Notes under the pieces: model-generated
What the model was told of the DNA's origin: nothing
Seen by the model: only the letters and a program-made list of their open reading frames with translations
Databases searched by the model: none
Shown here: positions 1-9,580 of the stretch, in pieces
Numbering within the stretch: the first letter of the stretch is position 1
Layout: each line of letters begins with the position of its first letter
Made by a program: the position numbers and the translations under genes
Source: an uncultured Roseivirgaceae bacterium
GTDB lineage: Bacteria > Bacteroidota > Bacteroidia > Cytophagales > Cyclobacteriaceae
DNA: 33,333 bases
Assembly (NCBI GenBank): GCA_964424205.1
Contig: CAYRIF010000003.1
Span: 1 to 33,333 of the forward strand
Direction of reading: 5' to 3'

Positions 1-121
1 CATTACAGTAGCGTAATACTCAAGTGATTCGGCTGGGGTTTCCCGATAGGCGCTTTGCTTAATCGGGACAGGCTTCTCACCCATTACAGTAGCGTAATAC
101 TCAAGTGATTCGGCTGGGGTT
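1..121. repeat. 40-bp direct repeat (1-40 = 82-121, identical). It covers the last 17 nt of tRNA-Lys plus 23 nt of 3' flank, and the two copies are separated by a 41-bp hairpin-forming spacer.
   Basis: The exact string cattacagtagcgtaatactcaagtgattcggctggggtt occurs at 1-40 and 82-121. Copy A then diverges into a degenerate T-arm-like sequence (tcccgatagg...atcggga). Confidence 0.7.
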
Positions 122-178
122 CGAACCCAGGACCCTCTCCTTAAAAGGGAGATGCTCTACCAGCTGAGCTACCGAATC
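106..178 (-). tRNA. tRNA-Lys (anticodon TTT), 73 nt, no encoded CCA
   Basis: The reverse complement folds as a cloverleaf. Acceptor stem is GATTCGG/CCGAATC, D-stem GCTC/GAGC, anticodon stem TCTCC/GGAGA with loop CTTTTAA (anticodon UUU), T-stem CTGGG/CCCAG with loop TTCGAAC, and discriminator A. Confidence 0.9.
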
Positions 179-263
179 AGTACGTTAATAAAAGTTAAAA
201 CTTTGTAACTTTACAGACGTTTTCCGTAATTACGGAGTGCAAAAATAATCCCTTATAATTAAA

Positions 264-992
264 ATGCAAAAAATAAATCACATATTTCAGTTTCTAATTT
301 TTATCAGCCTTCTTTTTTCTACGCAATTAGCTAACAGTCAGCAAGTTACAAATAATATTATTCTTGCAGATTCTCTTTTCAATCAAAAGAAATATACAGA
401 GTCATTAGAGCTATATGAGGAATTGTTATCTGTTCAGAAACAGTACACGCCGCAGATGCTTTTAAAAATGGCTTTTATAACAGAAGGACTCAATAATTAC
501 AGCAAAGCATTGTATTATCTCAATCTGTATTATGCGAAAACAACAGACAAGCGTGCGCTAAAAAAAATGGAGAAGTTAGCCGAACTACACAAATTAAAAG
601 GTTACGACTATAAGGATAAGGAGTTTTTTACCATGCTCTATAAAAAATATCGGAAGCATATCACTATCCTTTTAATGGCTGTTTCCATACTCCTTCTTGG
701 TTTTTTATATAAAAGAAAAAAAGAAAGACCTATTGATCTGGGCGTGTTTTTGACTTTTTCATTATTGCTGTTATTCTATCACGTCAATAATCCAGGGTTT
801 CTCGAAAAAGGAATTATTACAGCACCTAATGCGTATATGATGAAGACCCCTTCGTCAGGCGCAGATTTAATTGAGATAATTGACCCAGGACACCGGGTTA
901 ACATTATTGACCAGAACGACGTGTGGCTAGAAATAGAGTGGGATGGAGAAAAAGGTTTTGTAAGAGAGGGAAATATTTCTTTGGTGAAGTAG
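264..992 (+). CDS. Membrane protein with an N-terminal signal/TPR-like region, one central TM helix and a C-terminal bacterial SH3 (SH3b) domain. It resembles BatE-like TPR/SH3 proteins.
   Basis: ATG start and hydrophobic N-terminus; a YYAK/TPR-like helical region; TM segment ILLMAVSILLLGFLY; C-terminal motif WLEIEWDGEKGFV typical of SH3b. Confidence 0.65.
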   Translation: MQKINHIFQFLIFISLLFSTQLANSQQVTNNIILADSLFNQKKYTESLELYEELLSVQKQYTPQMLLKMAFITEGLNNYSKALYYLNLYYAKTTDKRALKKMEKLAELHKLKGYDYKDKEFFTMLYKKYRKHITILLMAVSILLLGFLYKRKKERPIDLGVFLTFSLLLLFYHVNNPGFLEKGIITAPNAYMMKTPSSGADLIEIIDPGHRVNIIDQNDVWLEIEWDGEKGFVREGNISLVK

Positions 993-1416
993 GATTGCTG
1001 AAATTGTTAATACATTGAATATCAAAGTTATTTTTGTCTTTTAACGTGTAAGGGGTAGTATTCACCTCCATACACGCTCGGCATCTCCTCTCCTCGGTCG
1101 GTATCCTCACAGACCGAAATCGGGCAGGGTTTCTCCAAGAGATATAAATGAAAGAGGACATTTAGAAGTGGTCTGTGAGGACACAGACCACGGAGAAAGA
1201 TAAAGCAGGACTGCTGAAATTATTGTTACAATTGAATATCAAAGTTATTTTTGTCTTTTAACATGTAAGGGGTAGTATCCACCTCCATACATGCTCGGCA
1301 TCTCCTCTCTTCGGTCGGTATCCTCACAGACCGAAATCATATTCTTATGCATTACTGAATGGTCTGTGGAGACGCAACCCATGGAAATGGAAAAAAGCAT
1401 TTCTTTGGTGAAGTAA
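976..1416. repeat. Imperfect tandem repeat, two copies of ~210-215 bp. The conserved cores (~995-1122 and ~1210-1338) are about 90% identical. The block is bounded by a 17-bp direct repeat, atttctttggtgaagta, at 975-991 and 1398-1414.
   Basis: Direct comparison of the two cores. Each core is followed by an inverted repeat (cctcacagacc ... ggtctgtgagg) able to form a long hairpin. The block lies between convergent CDSs. Confidence 0.7.
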
Positions 1417-2229
1417 TCAAGGTTTTTTAAAAGGAGAATTTTCCTCCTTTGCCATGACATTAAAAACCATTTTGTCCATCAAGCCTGGGAAAAATTTATT
1501 CATCCACACTGTAAAAATGCCTTGTGTAGTCATGATTAAAATTTTCTTTCTTTTTACGGTTGCTTTATAAATCCTCCTAGCACATTCCTCAGCACTCATC
1601 ATTTTCCCTTCGTCGCGTGGCGAATCACCTTGCAGAGAACCATCCTTAGTCAGAGATGATTTTCGAATGTTAGAGGTGGTGAACCCAGGACATGCTGTCA
1701 GCACATGTACTCCTTTATAAAGCAGTTCCGTCCTTAGCACTTCCAAAAATCCATTCAGCGCAAACTTGGAAGAAGAATATCCCGTTCGCCCGGGCAATCC
1801 ACGATAGCCAGCAATGGAAGAGATGCCAATTATCGAGCCTTTATTTTCAATAATGGAAGACAGACAGGATTTAGTGGCATATAACACGCCGTTGAAATTA
1901 ATATCCATGACTTTTTTCACCACTTCTAAATCAACCTCTTCGAATGGAGCTCTCATGGTGATGCCTGCGTTATTTATCAGAATATCAATTTTCCCGAATT
2001 CGTTGATGGCTTTGGCAGCCATCGCCTCATTGTCTTCTGCTTTACTCACATCAGATTGGAAGCCAATAATATCGATTCCCTTCCCCTTCAATTCGTTTAC
2101 AGTACTGTTCAGCGCTTCCAGTTTCCGTCCTGTAATCAAAATTTTAGACCCTTTTGAGCCAAACTCAGTGGCAAGTGCTTTACCGATTCCTGATGATCCT
2201 CCTGTGATGATTACTACTTTGTCTTTCAT
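1417..2229 (-). CDS. SDR-family short-chain dehydrogenase/reductase (NAD(P)-dependent oxidoreductase)
   Basis: N-terminal Rossmann motif VVIITGGSSGIGKALA, an NNAG motif, and a catalytic YxxxK (YSSSK). Length is 270 aa. Confidence 0.9.
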   Translation of the reverse strand: MKDKVVIITGGSSGIGKALATEFGSKGSKILITGRKLEALNSTVNELKGKGIDIIGFQSDVSKAEDNEAMAAKAINEFGKIDILINNAGITMRAPFEEVDLEVVKKVMDINFNGVLYATKSCLSSIIENKGSIIGISSIAGYRGLPGRTGYSSSKFALNGFLEVLRTELLYKGVHVLTACPGFTTSNIRKSSLTKDGSLQGDSPRDEGKMMSAEECARRIYKATVKRKKILIMTTQGIFTVWMNKFFPGLMDKMVFNVMAKEENSPFKKP

Positions 2230-2405
2230 CTATGTCAAAATTTATAAGGGCTAAAAGTATGCAATTTTTTCAAAATTCGTGAAAGAATTAGACAACCTAT
2301 CTCACCGCATTTTCATTATCTATGAGGGATTGAGTTATTAACCTGCATAAATCAAATAAGGTCAGGCATGAAAATTGTGTGATGAAAAGATAATCACTGA
2401 ACTAA

Positions 2406-4853
2406 ATGAAACCAATACGACTAACTATTACGTTTTCAATATTACTTTTGCTATTAGGTACATATCAGCATGTCAATGCTGCCAAAATTCTCGGCAAAGT
2501 AACAGATGAGACAGGTAAAGAATTGCCTTTCGTGACACTGTACGCAAAAAGCACCTCGATTGGTACTACTACAAATACGGAAGGATTATATGCGCTTGCG
2601 TTAAAAGCGGGGAGGTATGAAATAATATTTCAATACGTTGGTTACAAAAGGGAAATCAGGGAGGTTGTTATCGGCAAAGAGGATATTACGCTTAACGTTA
2701 AAATGAAACCTGAAACCATATCGCTTGCTGCTGTGGAAGTGAAAGCGAACGCAAAAGACCCAGCCTATCAAATTATTAGAAACGCTATAAAAATGCGTAA
2801 AAAGCATCTTAACGAAGTGAAAAGCTTTAATTGCGATGTGTATATAAAGGGATTTCAACGATTGGACAAGGCGCCAAAAAAAATTCTTGGCGCCACTGTT
2901 GATGTTGATACTGGTGTTGTTTATTTGTCTGAGTCAGTTTCAAAACTTAGTTTTCAACCGCCAAATGAGATAAAAGAAAAAATGATTTCGTCAAAAGTCA
3001 GCGGAAATAATAATAGGTTTAGCTATAACCAATCATCTGATATGCAATTTAATTTTTACGAGAATTTGATTCAAGTTATTAATATAAATGAACGCGGACT
3101 GATTTCTCCCATCGCCAATAATGCCATGTTACATTATGATTATCATTTGGAAGGAATTTTACAAGAAGGAGACAGAATGATTAACAAAATAAAAGTCATA
3201 CCAAAGCGTAAAAACGACCCTGTATTTAGCGGGAATATTTACATCGTGGAAGACAGTTGGAGAATTTACAGTGTGAATTTGATGCTTACCAAAAGCAATC
3301 AAATTGAATTTATAGATAGTTTGCGTATTCGTCAAGTACACGTGCCAATCAATGGGGACAAATGGATGTTGCTATCACAAAAAATTAATTTCAAATTCGG
3401 AGTATTTGGCTTTAAAGGAAGCGGTAATTTTACAGAAGTTAGGTCTAATTATGTAATCGACCCAACCTTTGATAAACACTTTTTCACAAATGAAATTATG
3501 TCGTATGAAGATGGAGCCAATAAAAGAGATAGTATTTATTGGGATAAGGTCAGACCTGTTCCACTAACCACAATAGAAAAAAATGACTATATAGTGAAAG
3601 ACAGTTTACGAGTTATCAAAGATACCAGACCATATAAAGATTCTGTTGATAGGATTGGAAACAAAGTATCATTGGGTAATATTTTGCTCACAGGCTATAC
3701 ATACGCTAAGTCATATGAAAAAAAATATTTTACCATCAACCCACTGTTTAGCATGTTCCAGTTTAATACTGTTGAAGGGTTTGTCCCAAACCTAAAACTA
3801 ACGTACAACAAGCGATTTAAAAATAGAAAATCCTATAGTATTACGCCGGAGATTAGGTTTGGGTTTGCCGATAAAACGCTTAGGTATAAGCTAACTGCTT
3901 TGTATTATTATAATCCCAAAAAACTGTCATCTGTTGGCTTTTCATTTCAAAAATCAATCGCTCAACTTAACAAAAAAACCCCCATTATGCCGGCTATCAA
4001 TACACAAAGCACCTTATTCTATAAGAAAAACCACATGAAGGTATTTGAAAAACGTGCGATTAAAATATGGTACAGGAGCGAAGTATCAAACGGTCTGACA
4101 GTCACAAGTTCTTTAGAATATGCAAACCGTCGCCAGTTGTTTAATCATACGGATTATACGTGGAGGAAAAAAAGCGAATTAAAATATACACCAAATACCC
4201 CGGGAAATAAAGCCCTTCCAGACACCTCTTTCCCGACACACCAAGCGCTTCTTTTAGGCGTAGGATTGCGCTGGGTTATTGGGCAAAAATACATTTCATA
4301 CCCTGATAGAAAATATAATATAGCATCAAAATACCCCACAATCCAATTTAATTATACCAAAGCGCTCAAAGGGGTTTTGGGATCTGGTATCAAGTTTGAT
4401 AAAGTGCAATTAGCGATTAATGATGACCTGGCTTTTGGGCTTTTTGGGTCTAGCAGTTATAGCCTCCAAGTGGGCGCTTTTCTTAATAAGGATAGTGTTT
4501 CATTTATTGATTATGATCATTTTAATGGAAATCAAACTATATATAGTGAATTTAAGACCCATGATTTTCAGCTCCTAGACTATTATTTGTATAGTACCAA
4601 TAATGGGTTTATTCAGGCGCATTATATTCATCATTTTAATGGGTTTTTAATAAATAAAATCCCACTCATAAGAAAATCAAAAATTCAAGCAATTGCCTCG
4701 GTAAATTTTTTAAGAACCAAAGAATTAAGTGAATATGTAGAGGTTGGTGTTGGTTTTGAACACATTTTTAAAGTGATGCGGGTGGATTATTTCTTTGGGT
4801 TTATGCCTGGAGAAAAAACGAAAAACGGAATCAGGGTTGGCGTTGGTTTTTAG
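2406..4853 (+). CDS. Outer-membrane protein with an N-terminal carboxypeptidase-regulatory-like (CarbopepD_reg) domain followed by a large beta-barrel (DUF5686 family)
   Basis: Signal peptide; CarbopepD_reg signature KILGKVTDETGKELPFVTLY...GLYAL; long alternating-hydrophobic beta-strand region ending in a C-terminal aromatic residue (GVGF). Confidence 0.75.
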   Translation: MKPIRLTITFSILLLLLGTYQHVNAAKILGKVTDETGKELPFVTLYAKSTSIGTTTNTEGLYALALKAGRYEIIFQYVGYKREIREVVIGKEDITLNVKMKPETISLAAVEVKANAKDPAYQIIRNAIKMRKKHLNEVKSFNCDVYIKGFQRLDKAPKKILGATVDVDTGVVYLSESVSKLSFQPPNEIKEKMISSKVSGNNNRFSYNQSSDMQFNFYENLIQVININERGLISPIANNAMLHYDYHLEGILQEGDRMINKIKVIPKRKNDPVFSGNIYIVEDSWRIYSVNLMLTKSNQIEFIDSLRIRQVHVPINGDKWMLLSQKINFKFGVFGFKGSGNFTEVRSNYVIDPTFDKHFFTNEIMSYEDGANKRDSIYWDKVRPVPLTTIEKNDYIVKDSLRVIKDTRPYKDSVDRIGNKVSLGNILLTGYTYAKSYEKKYFTINPLFSMFQFNTVEGFVPNLKLTYNKRFKNRKSYSITPEIRFGFADKTLRYKLTALYYYNPKKLSSVGFSFQKSIAQLNKKTPIMPAINTQSTLFYKKNHMKVFEKRAIKIWYRSEVSNGLTVTSSLEYANRRQLFNHTDYTWRKKSELKYTPNTPGNKALPDTSFPTHQALLLGVGLRWVIGQKYISYPDRKYNIASKYPTIQFNYTKALKGVLGSGIKFDKVQLAINDDLAFGLFGSSSYSLQVGAFLNKDSVSFIDYDHFNGNQTIYSEFKTHDFQLLDYYLYSTNNGFIQAHYIHHFNGFLINKIPLIRKSKIQAIASVNFLRTKELSEYVEVGVGFEHIFKVMRVDYFFGFMPGEKTKNGIRVGVGF

Positions 4854-4896
4854 GTGTCCTTTACGCAGACGAGGTCTATGGAGTTTTTTGCTAATT

Positions 4897-7500
4897 CTAA
4901 AATAGAATAGAAACAGTACCATTATACTCAGTGTGCGTAAATTTAAGGGAGTAATAATAAATCCCAGTACTCATTCCCCTGGCATGCCAGGTAAATGTTC
5001 TTTTATTATCACTAAAAACCTGCTTTCCATACCTATTGTAGATGGTGATTTCCTTAAACTGATTGGCACAATTATCAGGCGGAATATTGAATTTTTCTTC
5101 CTTCCAATCAGAAAGTCTAAAGAAATCATTTTTACCATCTCCGTTCGGGGTAAAAACGTTTGGTGGGATAAATTTATCAAAGTCAGCAAATATATCTTCT
5201 ATAAGCACCACAACACTAAGGGTATCATAAGTAGGAGCGATACAGTAATTGTCCCTTCCTAAAAATCGAAATGTCACGGGCGCTTTTGTAACCATTTGCT
5301 CGGTAAGGTTTTTACAGCTGGGAATCCAAGTCAGTGGGGATTTCACAATGCCAATACCTGCAATGTCATCGAAAGTAAAATCAAGCCCACTATACTGTGA
5401 GCGATCCATTAAGGTAAGAGCTATTGAATCACCATCCGGATCAAGGCCCAAAATATCTAATGTTAACTTACTTCCAACAGCAATTTTAATAGTATCCTGT
5501 TTGTTTCTATTTTGCAGTGTAACTTGAGGCGGCACGTTTTTGGGTGGAAAAAGTTTAATAGCCACCGCTAATGTATCGGCGTTTGGAAATTTACACTTGT
5601 CTTTATCAGTAGCAATAAAATAAAATGTAAACTCATCTTTGATATCTAAATTAATACTTCGGCAGTCTAAATCCCAATTGAACTTGGAAGAGGTGCTTCC
5701 TTTTCCTATAGCTTCGGGGAATGTGATGCCATATGCATCAGCGGAAAAACCGTCTACAACCATCTCTAATTTTATAGAATCATTGTCTGCATCATTGGCA
5801 AAAACATTAAAATTGATGGCATTATTTAATTCAATAGAAAAGAAAGTGTTGGATAGGTCAGAAGTGACAACAGGGTCTGTATTGTCTGGTAAAATGACAT
5901 CCAATGACATTTTGATTGTATCCCTTACATTTACCTGACAGGCATCTAAGTCTCCTACCAAAACCATCAGTTCAAAAGCCGTTTGCTGCGTAAAATCATA
6001 AATGTCACAGCCCGTTTCCCAAGTAAAAGTAGTACTAATTTCTCCATCTGCAGTGACTGGCTGACTGAAACGCATGCCCACATCTTCCATCACAAAACCA
6101 TCGGGAATGAAACTTAAAAACAAAGGATCTCCATCCACGTCGGTCGCTTTAATGGGTAGCGTAAAGGTGTCTCCTTCCGTTACAGATTTTGTCACTAACT
6201 TGTTTGCGGGAGCAATAAATGTTGGGGCATGATTTTCTGGAGGAATAACATTGATGGCAATGCGTATGGTATCAGAAAGTGGCAAACTACAGGCATCATC
6301 ATAGGCAATGAGGTCTATAAGCATCGGCTGATTGGCAGTATAGGGGCATAATGGAAAGCAGACCTCGGCTTTTAGCGTATCATCTTTATTTAAAAGGAAG
6401 CCACTATTTAATGATAAAATTTCTGACACATCAGTATTAAAATTCACAGGTTTTGCTATTATTCTGATATTTTCAGGAACATCGGCATCTTGCACAAAAA
6501 GCTCCAAGCATCGTTGATCATCCTCTGGTCTGAATGTAATGACCTGCCCTTCAGTATAAAGTTGCGGGCTACCCTTTACTTTGGCAAAAATACCGGGAGG
6601 ATCCCCGGGATCAGGGCAATCAATGACAAGCATTTGAAAATCTCTGCGTACTTCTCCTATTTTTTTGCCAGTTCTAAACTCTTCTGCTTTCACGGCAAAA
6701 ACGTATAATCCAGAAGCGGATGGGGTAACGGTAAGAAAACCTGTTTTGGAAATACTTAATGAAGGGTTGCCAGGAATTTGGTTGTCGACATTAATACCAT
6801 TTTGCCAAGGCACATCAGGGTGCGGTGAAGGAGTTGGCGTGGGAAGCGCTTGAATTGTTGAGGTATGCAATGGTGTTACCATGGAGTAAACAATTGAATC
6901 GCCGTCGGGGTCGCTTCCTGCAAAATCTACGTAGTAAAACTCATCCACACATGCGTAATCACTTAATGGGGGGAAAAGAACAGGAGAGGAGTTTATAAAA
7001 GCATCACCATTTATATCTACAACTGGTGGAAACTCCATGTAGAATGTTTGCCCCACAGTGTTTGGAGCGGTAAGTACCACATTGGTGATGGTGTTATTTC
7101 TACAGCATCGCTCCCAAACTAAATAGTATCCTTCGGGTTCATTGAAAGTATCGGGAGAAAGAAAGACGGTGGTGCTATAGAACATCCGGGAGGTTCGTAG
7201 CTCACCGATAGCGCAGTCAATATTAGTATAGGGAACATTTTTCTCCTCGATAAAATTCATGGTGATTTGTCTGACAAAAGCATTGGTTCGCTTGTTAAAA
7301 ACAAATGCTGTAACGAAAGCATCTTTAGCCCCAGGATTTCCATTTACCTCATCAAAATAAAGTACCGTATTGAAGGTGTAGTTAAAACCATCCTGGTGTA
7401 CCATCTCAAATTCACCACCTACGATGTGTGTTGCCCCTGCCTTATTTACTAGAATAAATAAGCAAAAAATCAAAAATGTGGCTTTTAAAAAATTATTCAT
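4897..7500 (-). CDS. Large secreted adhesin-like protein with tandem cadherin/Ig-like domains and a T9SS type B C-terminal sorting domain
   Basis: Signal peptide. The C-terminus FTPNGDGKNDFFRL...ITIYNRYGKQVF...GTYYYSLKF matches the gliding motility-associated C-terminal domain (TIGR04131-like). Aspartate-rich repeats (DADND, DPDGD) are present. Confidence 0.85.
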   Translation of the reverse strand: MNNFLKATFLIFCLFILVNKAGATHIVGGEFEMVHQDGFNYTFNTVLYFDEVNGNPGAKDAFVTAFVFNKRTNAFVRQITMNFIEEKNVPYTNIDCAIGELRTSRMFYSTTVFLSPDTFNEPEGYYLVWERCCRNNTITNVVLTAPNTVGQTFYMEFPPVVDINGDAFINSSPVLFPPLSDYACVDEFYYVDFAGSDPDGDSIVYSMVTPLHTSTIQALPTPTPSPHPDVPWQNGINVDNQIPGNPSLSISKTGFLTVTPSASGLYVFAVKAEEFRTGKKIGEVRRDFQMLVIDCPDPGDPPGIFAKVKGSPQLYTEGQVITFRPEDDQRCLELFVQDADVPENIRIIAKPVNFNTDVSEILSLNSGFLLNKDDTLKAEVCFPLCPYTANQPMLIDLIAYDDACSLPLSDTIRIAINVIPPENHAPTFIAPANKLVTKSVTEGDTFTLPIKATDVDGDPLFLSFIPDGFVMEDVGMRFSQPVTADGEISTTFTWETGCDIYDFTQQTAFELMVLVGDLDACQVNVRDTIKMSLDVILPDNTDPVVTSDLSNTFFSIELNNAINFNVFANDADNDSIKLEMVVDGFSADAYGITFPEAIGKGSTSSKFNWDLDCRSINLDIKDEFTFYFIATDKDKCKFPNADTLAVAIKLFPPKNVPPQVTLQNRNKQDTIKIAVGSKLTLDILGLDPDGDSIALTLMDRSQYSGLDFTFDDIAGIGIVKSPLTWIPSCKNLTEQMVTKAPVTFRFLGRDNYCIAPTYDTLSVVVLIEDIFADFDKFIPPNVFTPNGDGKNDFFRLSDWKEEKFNIPPDNCANQFKEITIYNRYGKQVFSDNKRTFTWHARGMSTGIYYYSLKFTHTEYNGTVSILF

Positions 7501-7555
7501 TGTATAAAATTAAACTATATTTTAACAAATAGGATTATCAAACCTCACTTTTTTT

Positions 7556-7563
7556 TAACTTTG
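7556..7563 (+). promoter_or_regulatory. Candidate Bacteroidetes sigma-A -7 box (TAACTTTG). A T8 run immediately upstream lies in the divergent promoter region shared with the adhesin gene.
   Basis: Matches the TAnnTTTG consensus 10 nt upstream of the rlmD ATG. No clear -33 TTTG element. Confidence 0.25.
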
Positions 7564-7573
7564 CGCTCACAAA

Positions 7574-8980
7574 ATGAGAAAAAAGAGAAAAAATACCGTA
7601 TTTGAACGGGTAAAAATAGAAAGTATGGCAGCTGAGGGCAAGTGTGTTGCTCGTGTGGAAGACAAAGTCATTTTTATTAAAGGCGTTGCACCGGGAGATG
7701 TGGCGGATATTCAAGTTACCCGAAAAAAGAAAAGCTTTTTAGAAGGGATACCGATCAAATTCCATGCGTATTCAGATAAAAGGGCAGCGCCATTTTGTGA
7801 GCATTTCGGAACTTGTGGTGGCTGCAAATGGCAACATATTAACTATGAAACCCAGCTTTTTTATAAGAGACAACAGGTCATAGATTCTTTAGAACGCATT
7901 GCAAAAGTTGAATTGCCAGACATCCAGCCGATTCTTAGTTCAGAAAACACAAGGTACTACAGGAATAAAATGGAGTACACTTTTACCAATAGAAAATGGT
8001 TGACGCCAGAAGAAATAAAATCAGGAGATAAAATTAACAGAGATGCTATCGGCTTTCATATTCCAGGCAGGTTTGATTGGGTCATTGACATTAATGCGTG
8101 TCATTTGCAAGAAGAAATCTCAAATAAAATACGCTTAAGGGTTAAAGAATTTGCGAAAACGAATGGCTTATCATTTTATGACATTCTAAAAAACAATGGG
8201 CTTCTTCGAATTCTGATTGTCAGAATTACGAGTCTTGGCGAAATAATGGTGATTGTTCAGTTTGGGCAGAATGACACACCCAAAATTGACTTGCTGTTAA
8301 ATCATCTCAAAGAAATGTTTCCTGAAATCACCTCATTACACTATGTGATTAACACCAAAAAGAATGATACCTTCAATGATTTGGAAGTAAAAACGTTTTC
8401 AGGGAAGGGTTATATCACAGAGGAATTAGAGGGATTACAATTTAGAATAGGCCCAAAATCCTTTTTTCAAACCAACTCGCAACAAGCGCTTGAACTATAC
8501 AAAGTAACCAAGGATTTTGCGGCGCTGAGTGGTGAGGAAATCGTGTATGATCTTTATACCGGCACGGGTACGATTGCCAATTTTGTGGCAAATGACGCAA
8601 AAAAAGTAATAGGGCTGGAGTATGTAGCAGACGCAATCAAGGATGCAAAGGTGAATTCAGCAATAAATAAGATCAAGAATACAGCATTTTTTGCTGGGGA
8701 CATCAAGGATCTTTTGGACGAAGTATTTTTGTCGAAAAACGGACAGCCGGATGTTATCATCACCGACCCGCCACGAGCAGGGATGCACGCAGAGGTAGTG
8801 GAAATGTTGCTGAAGACTAAAGCAAAAAAAATTGTTTATATAAGTTGCAATCCCGCTACCCAGGCGAGAGATGTTGCTTTATTAGACGCACAATATAGGG
8901 TTGCTAAAGTGCAACCTGTAGATATGTTTCCACAAACACACCATGTAGAGAATGTTGTTTTGTTAACGTTAAAAGAATGA
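7574..8980 (+). CDS. rlmD: 23S rRNA (uracil-C5)-methyltransferase RlmD (RumA family)
   Basis: N-terminal TRAM domain; Fe-S cysteine cluster CEHFGTCGGCKWQH; SAM-binding motif DLYTGTGT; DPPRAG motif; nucleophile Cys in the ISCNP context. Confidence 0.9.
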   Translation: MRKKRKNTVFERVKIESMAAEGKCVARVEDKVIFIKGVAPGDVADIQVTRKKKSFLEGIPIKFHAYSDKRAAPFCEHFGTCGGCKWQHINYETQLFYKRQQVIDSLERIAKVELPDIQPILSSENTRYYRNKMEYTFTNRKWLTPEEIKSGDKINRDAIGFHIPGRFDWVIDINACHLQEEISNKIRLRVKEFAKTNGLSFYDILKNNGLLRILIVRITSLGEIMVIVQFGQNDTPKIDLLLNHLKEMFPEITSLHYVINTKKNDTFNDLEVKTFSGKGYITEELEGLQFRIGPKSFFQTNSQQALELYKVTKDFAALSGEEIVYDLYTGTGTIANFVANDAKKVIGLEYVADAIKDAKVNSAINKIKNTAFFAGDIKDLLDEVFLSKNGQPDVIITDPPRAGMHAEVVEMLLKTKAKKIVYISCNPATQARDVALLDAQYRVAKVQPVDMFPQTHHVENVVLLTLKE

Positions 8981-8983
8981 GTC

Positions 8984-9352
8984 ATGGCAAAAATTCCAGA
9001 AATTGACACCAAATATTTAGGCACCATTACCAGCGATTTTGTAAAGGTGGCAGATACATTGAAAGAGGCATCATATCAAGTGCGGAGCAGAAAATTTTCC
9101 GACTTTCCAATCTTCCCAATTTCAAAAGCGGAGAATCCAATCGGGCAGCTATTGATTGACAGGAACCAAGCAGGATTAGATTGGTACTATAATATTACCT
9201 ATTTGGATGAGTTTCTTCAACGGCTGATTATCGAAGAAGACAAAGCGGAAGAGTTTAAAAAGTCCTACAAAGACCCAGATGAATTTTGTTGTCTGTTTGT
9301 AATGGATGGTGAGCTCACTAGCTTCGTTTATATTCCTTATCCTGAGGATTAA
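8984..9352 (+). CDS. Hypothetical protein (122 aa), 3 nt downstream of rlmD
   Basis: ATG start tightly linked to rlmD. No recognisable motifs. Confidence 0.55.
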   Translation: MAKIPEIDTKYLGTITSDFVKVADTLKEASYQVRSRKFSDFPIFPISKAENPIGQLLIDRNQAGLDWYYNITYLDEFLQRLIIEEDKAEEFKKSYKDPDEFCCLFVMDGELTSFVYIPYPED

Positions 9353-9580
9353 ATATTTAGCCAATCATAATTATTTGCGTTGATATACTCCATGGTAAAA
9401 GCAGTGTAGTTTTCTAAAAATTCCTTATACCGTTTTGTATTGAATTGGCTTTTATTCCACTTTCCTTCAAATGCCTTGCCCTTTATATAGCTTTCTTCTA
9501 TGACAAAGTCAATTTCTTTGCCTGCTGTGGTACGCCAGTATTTGATCTACGTGGTAAATGTATCGAAATTGACCAAACAT
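9349..9580 (-). pseudogene. 3'-terminal remnant (64 codons, 9349-9546) of an AAA_14/DUF4143 ATPase gene, truncated by an in-frame TAG
   Basis: The minus-strand translation IKYWRTTAGKEIDFVIEES...FLENYTAFTMEYINANNYDWLNI* aligns with the C-terminus of the intact paralog at 19172-20302 (YFWRTYDKKEIDLVEERE...ENASWEVINSENFLGFVV). An in-frame TAG at 9547-9549 precedes it. No N-terminal part is present. Confidence 0.6.

Noticed and set aside
904-1460. Minus-strand ORFs 904-1161 and 1245-1460 within the intergenic tandem repeat
   Set aside because: They sit in the two repeat copies and have Ser/Pro/Arg-rich low-complexity translations. Their frames differ between copies, so the region is more likely non-coding structured DNA or RNA.
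1814-2254. A 146-aa plus-strand ORF antisense to the SDR gene. Similar antisense ORFs lie inside rny (14459-15534), pheT (17554-18894), flotillin (11519-12224), the adhesin (4933-6853) and other CDSs.
   Set aside because: They overlap well-supported CDSs on the opposite strand, have low-complexity composition and no motifs, and are typical shadow ORFs.
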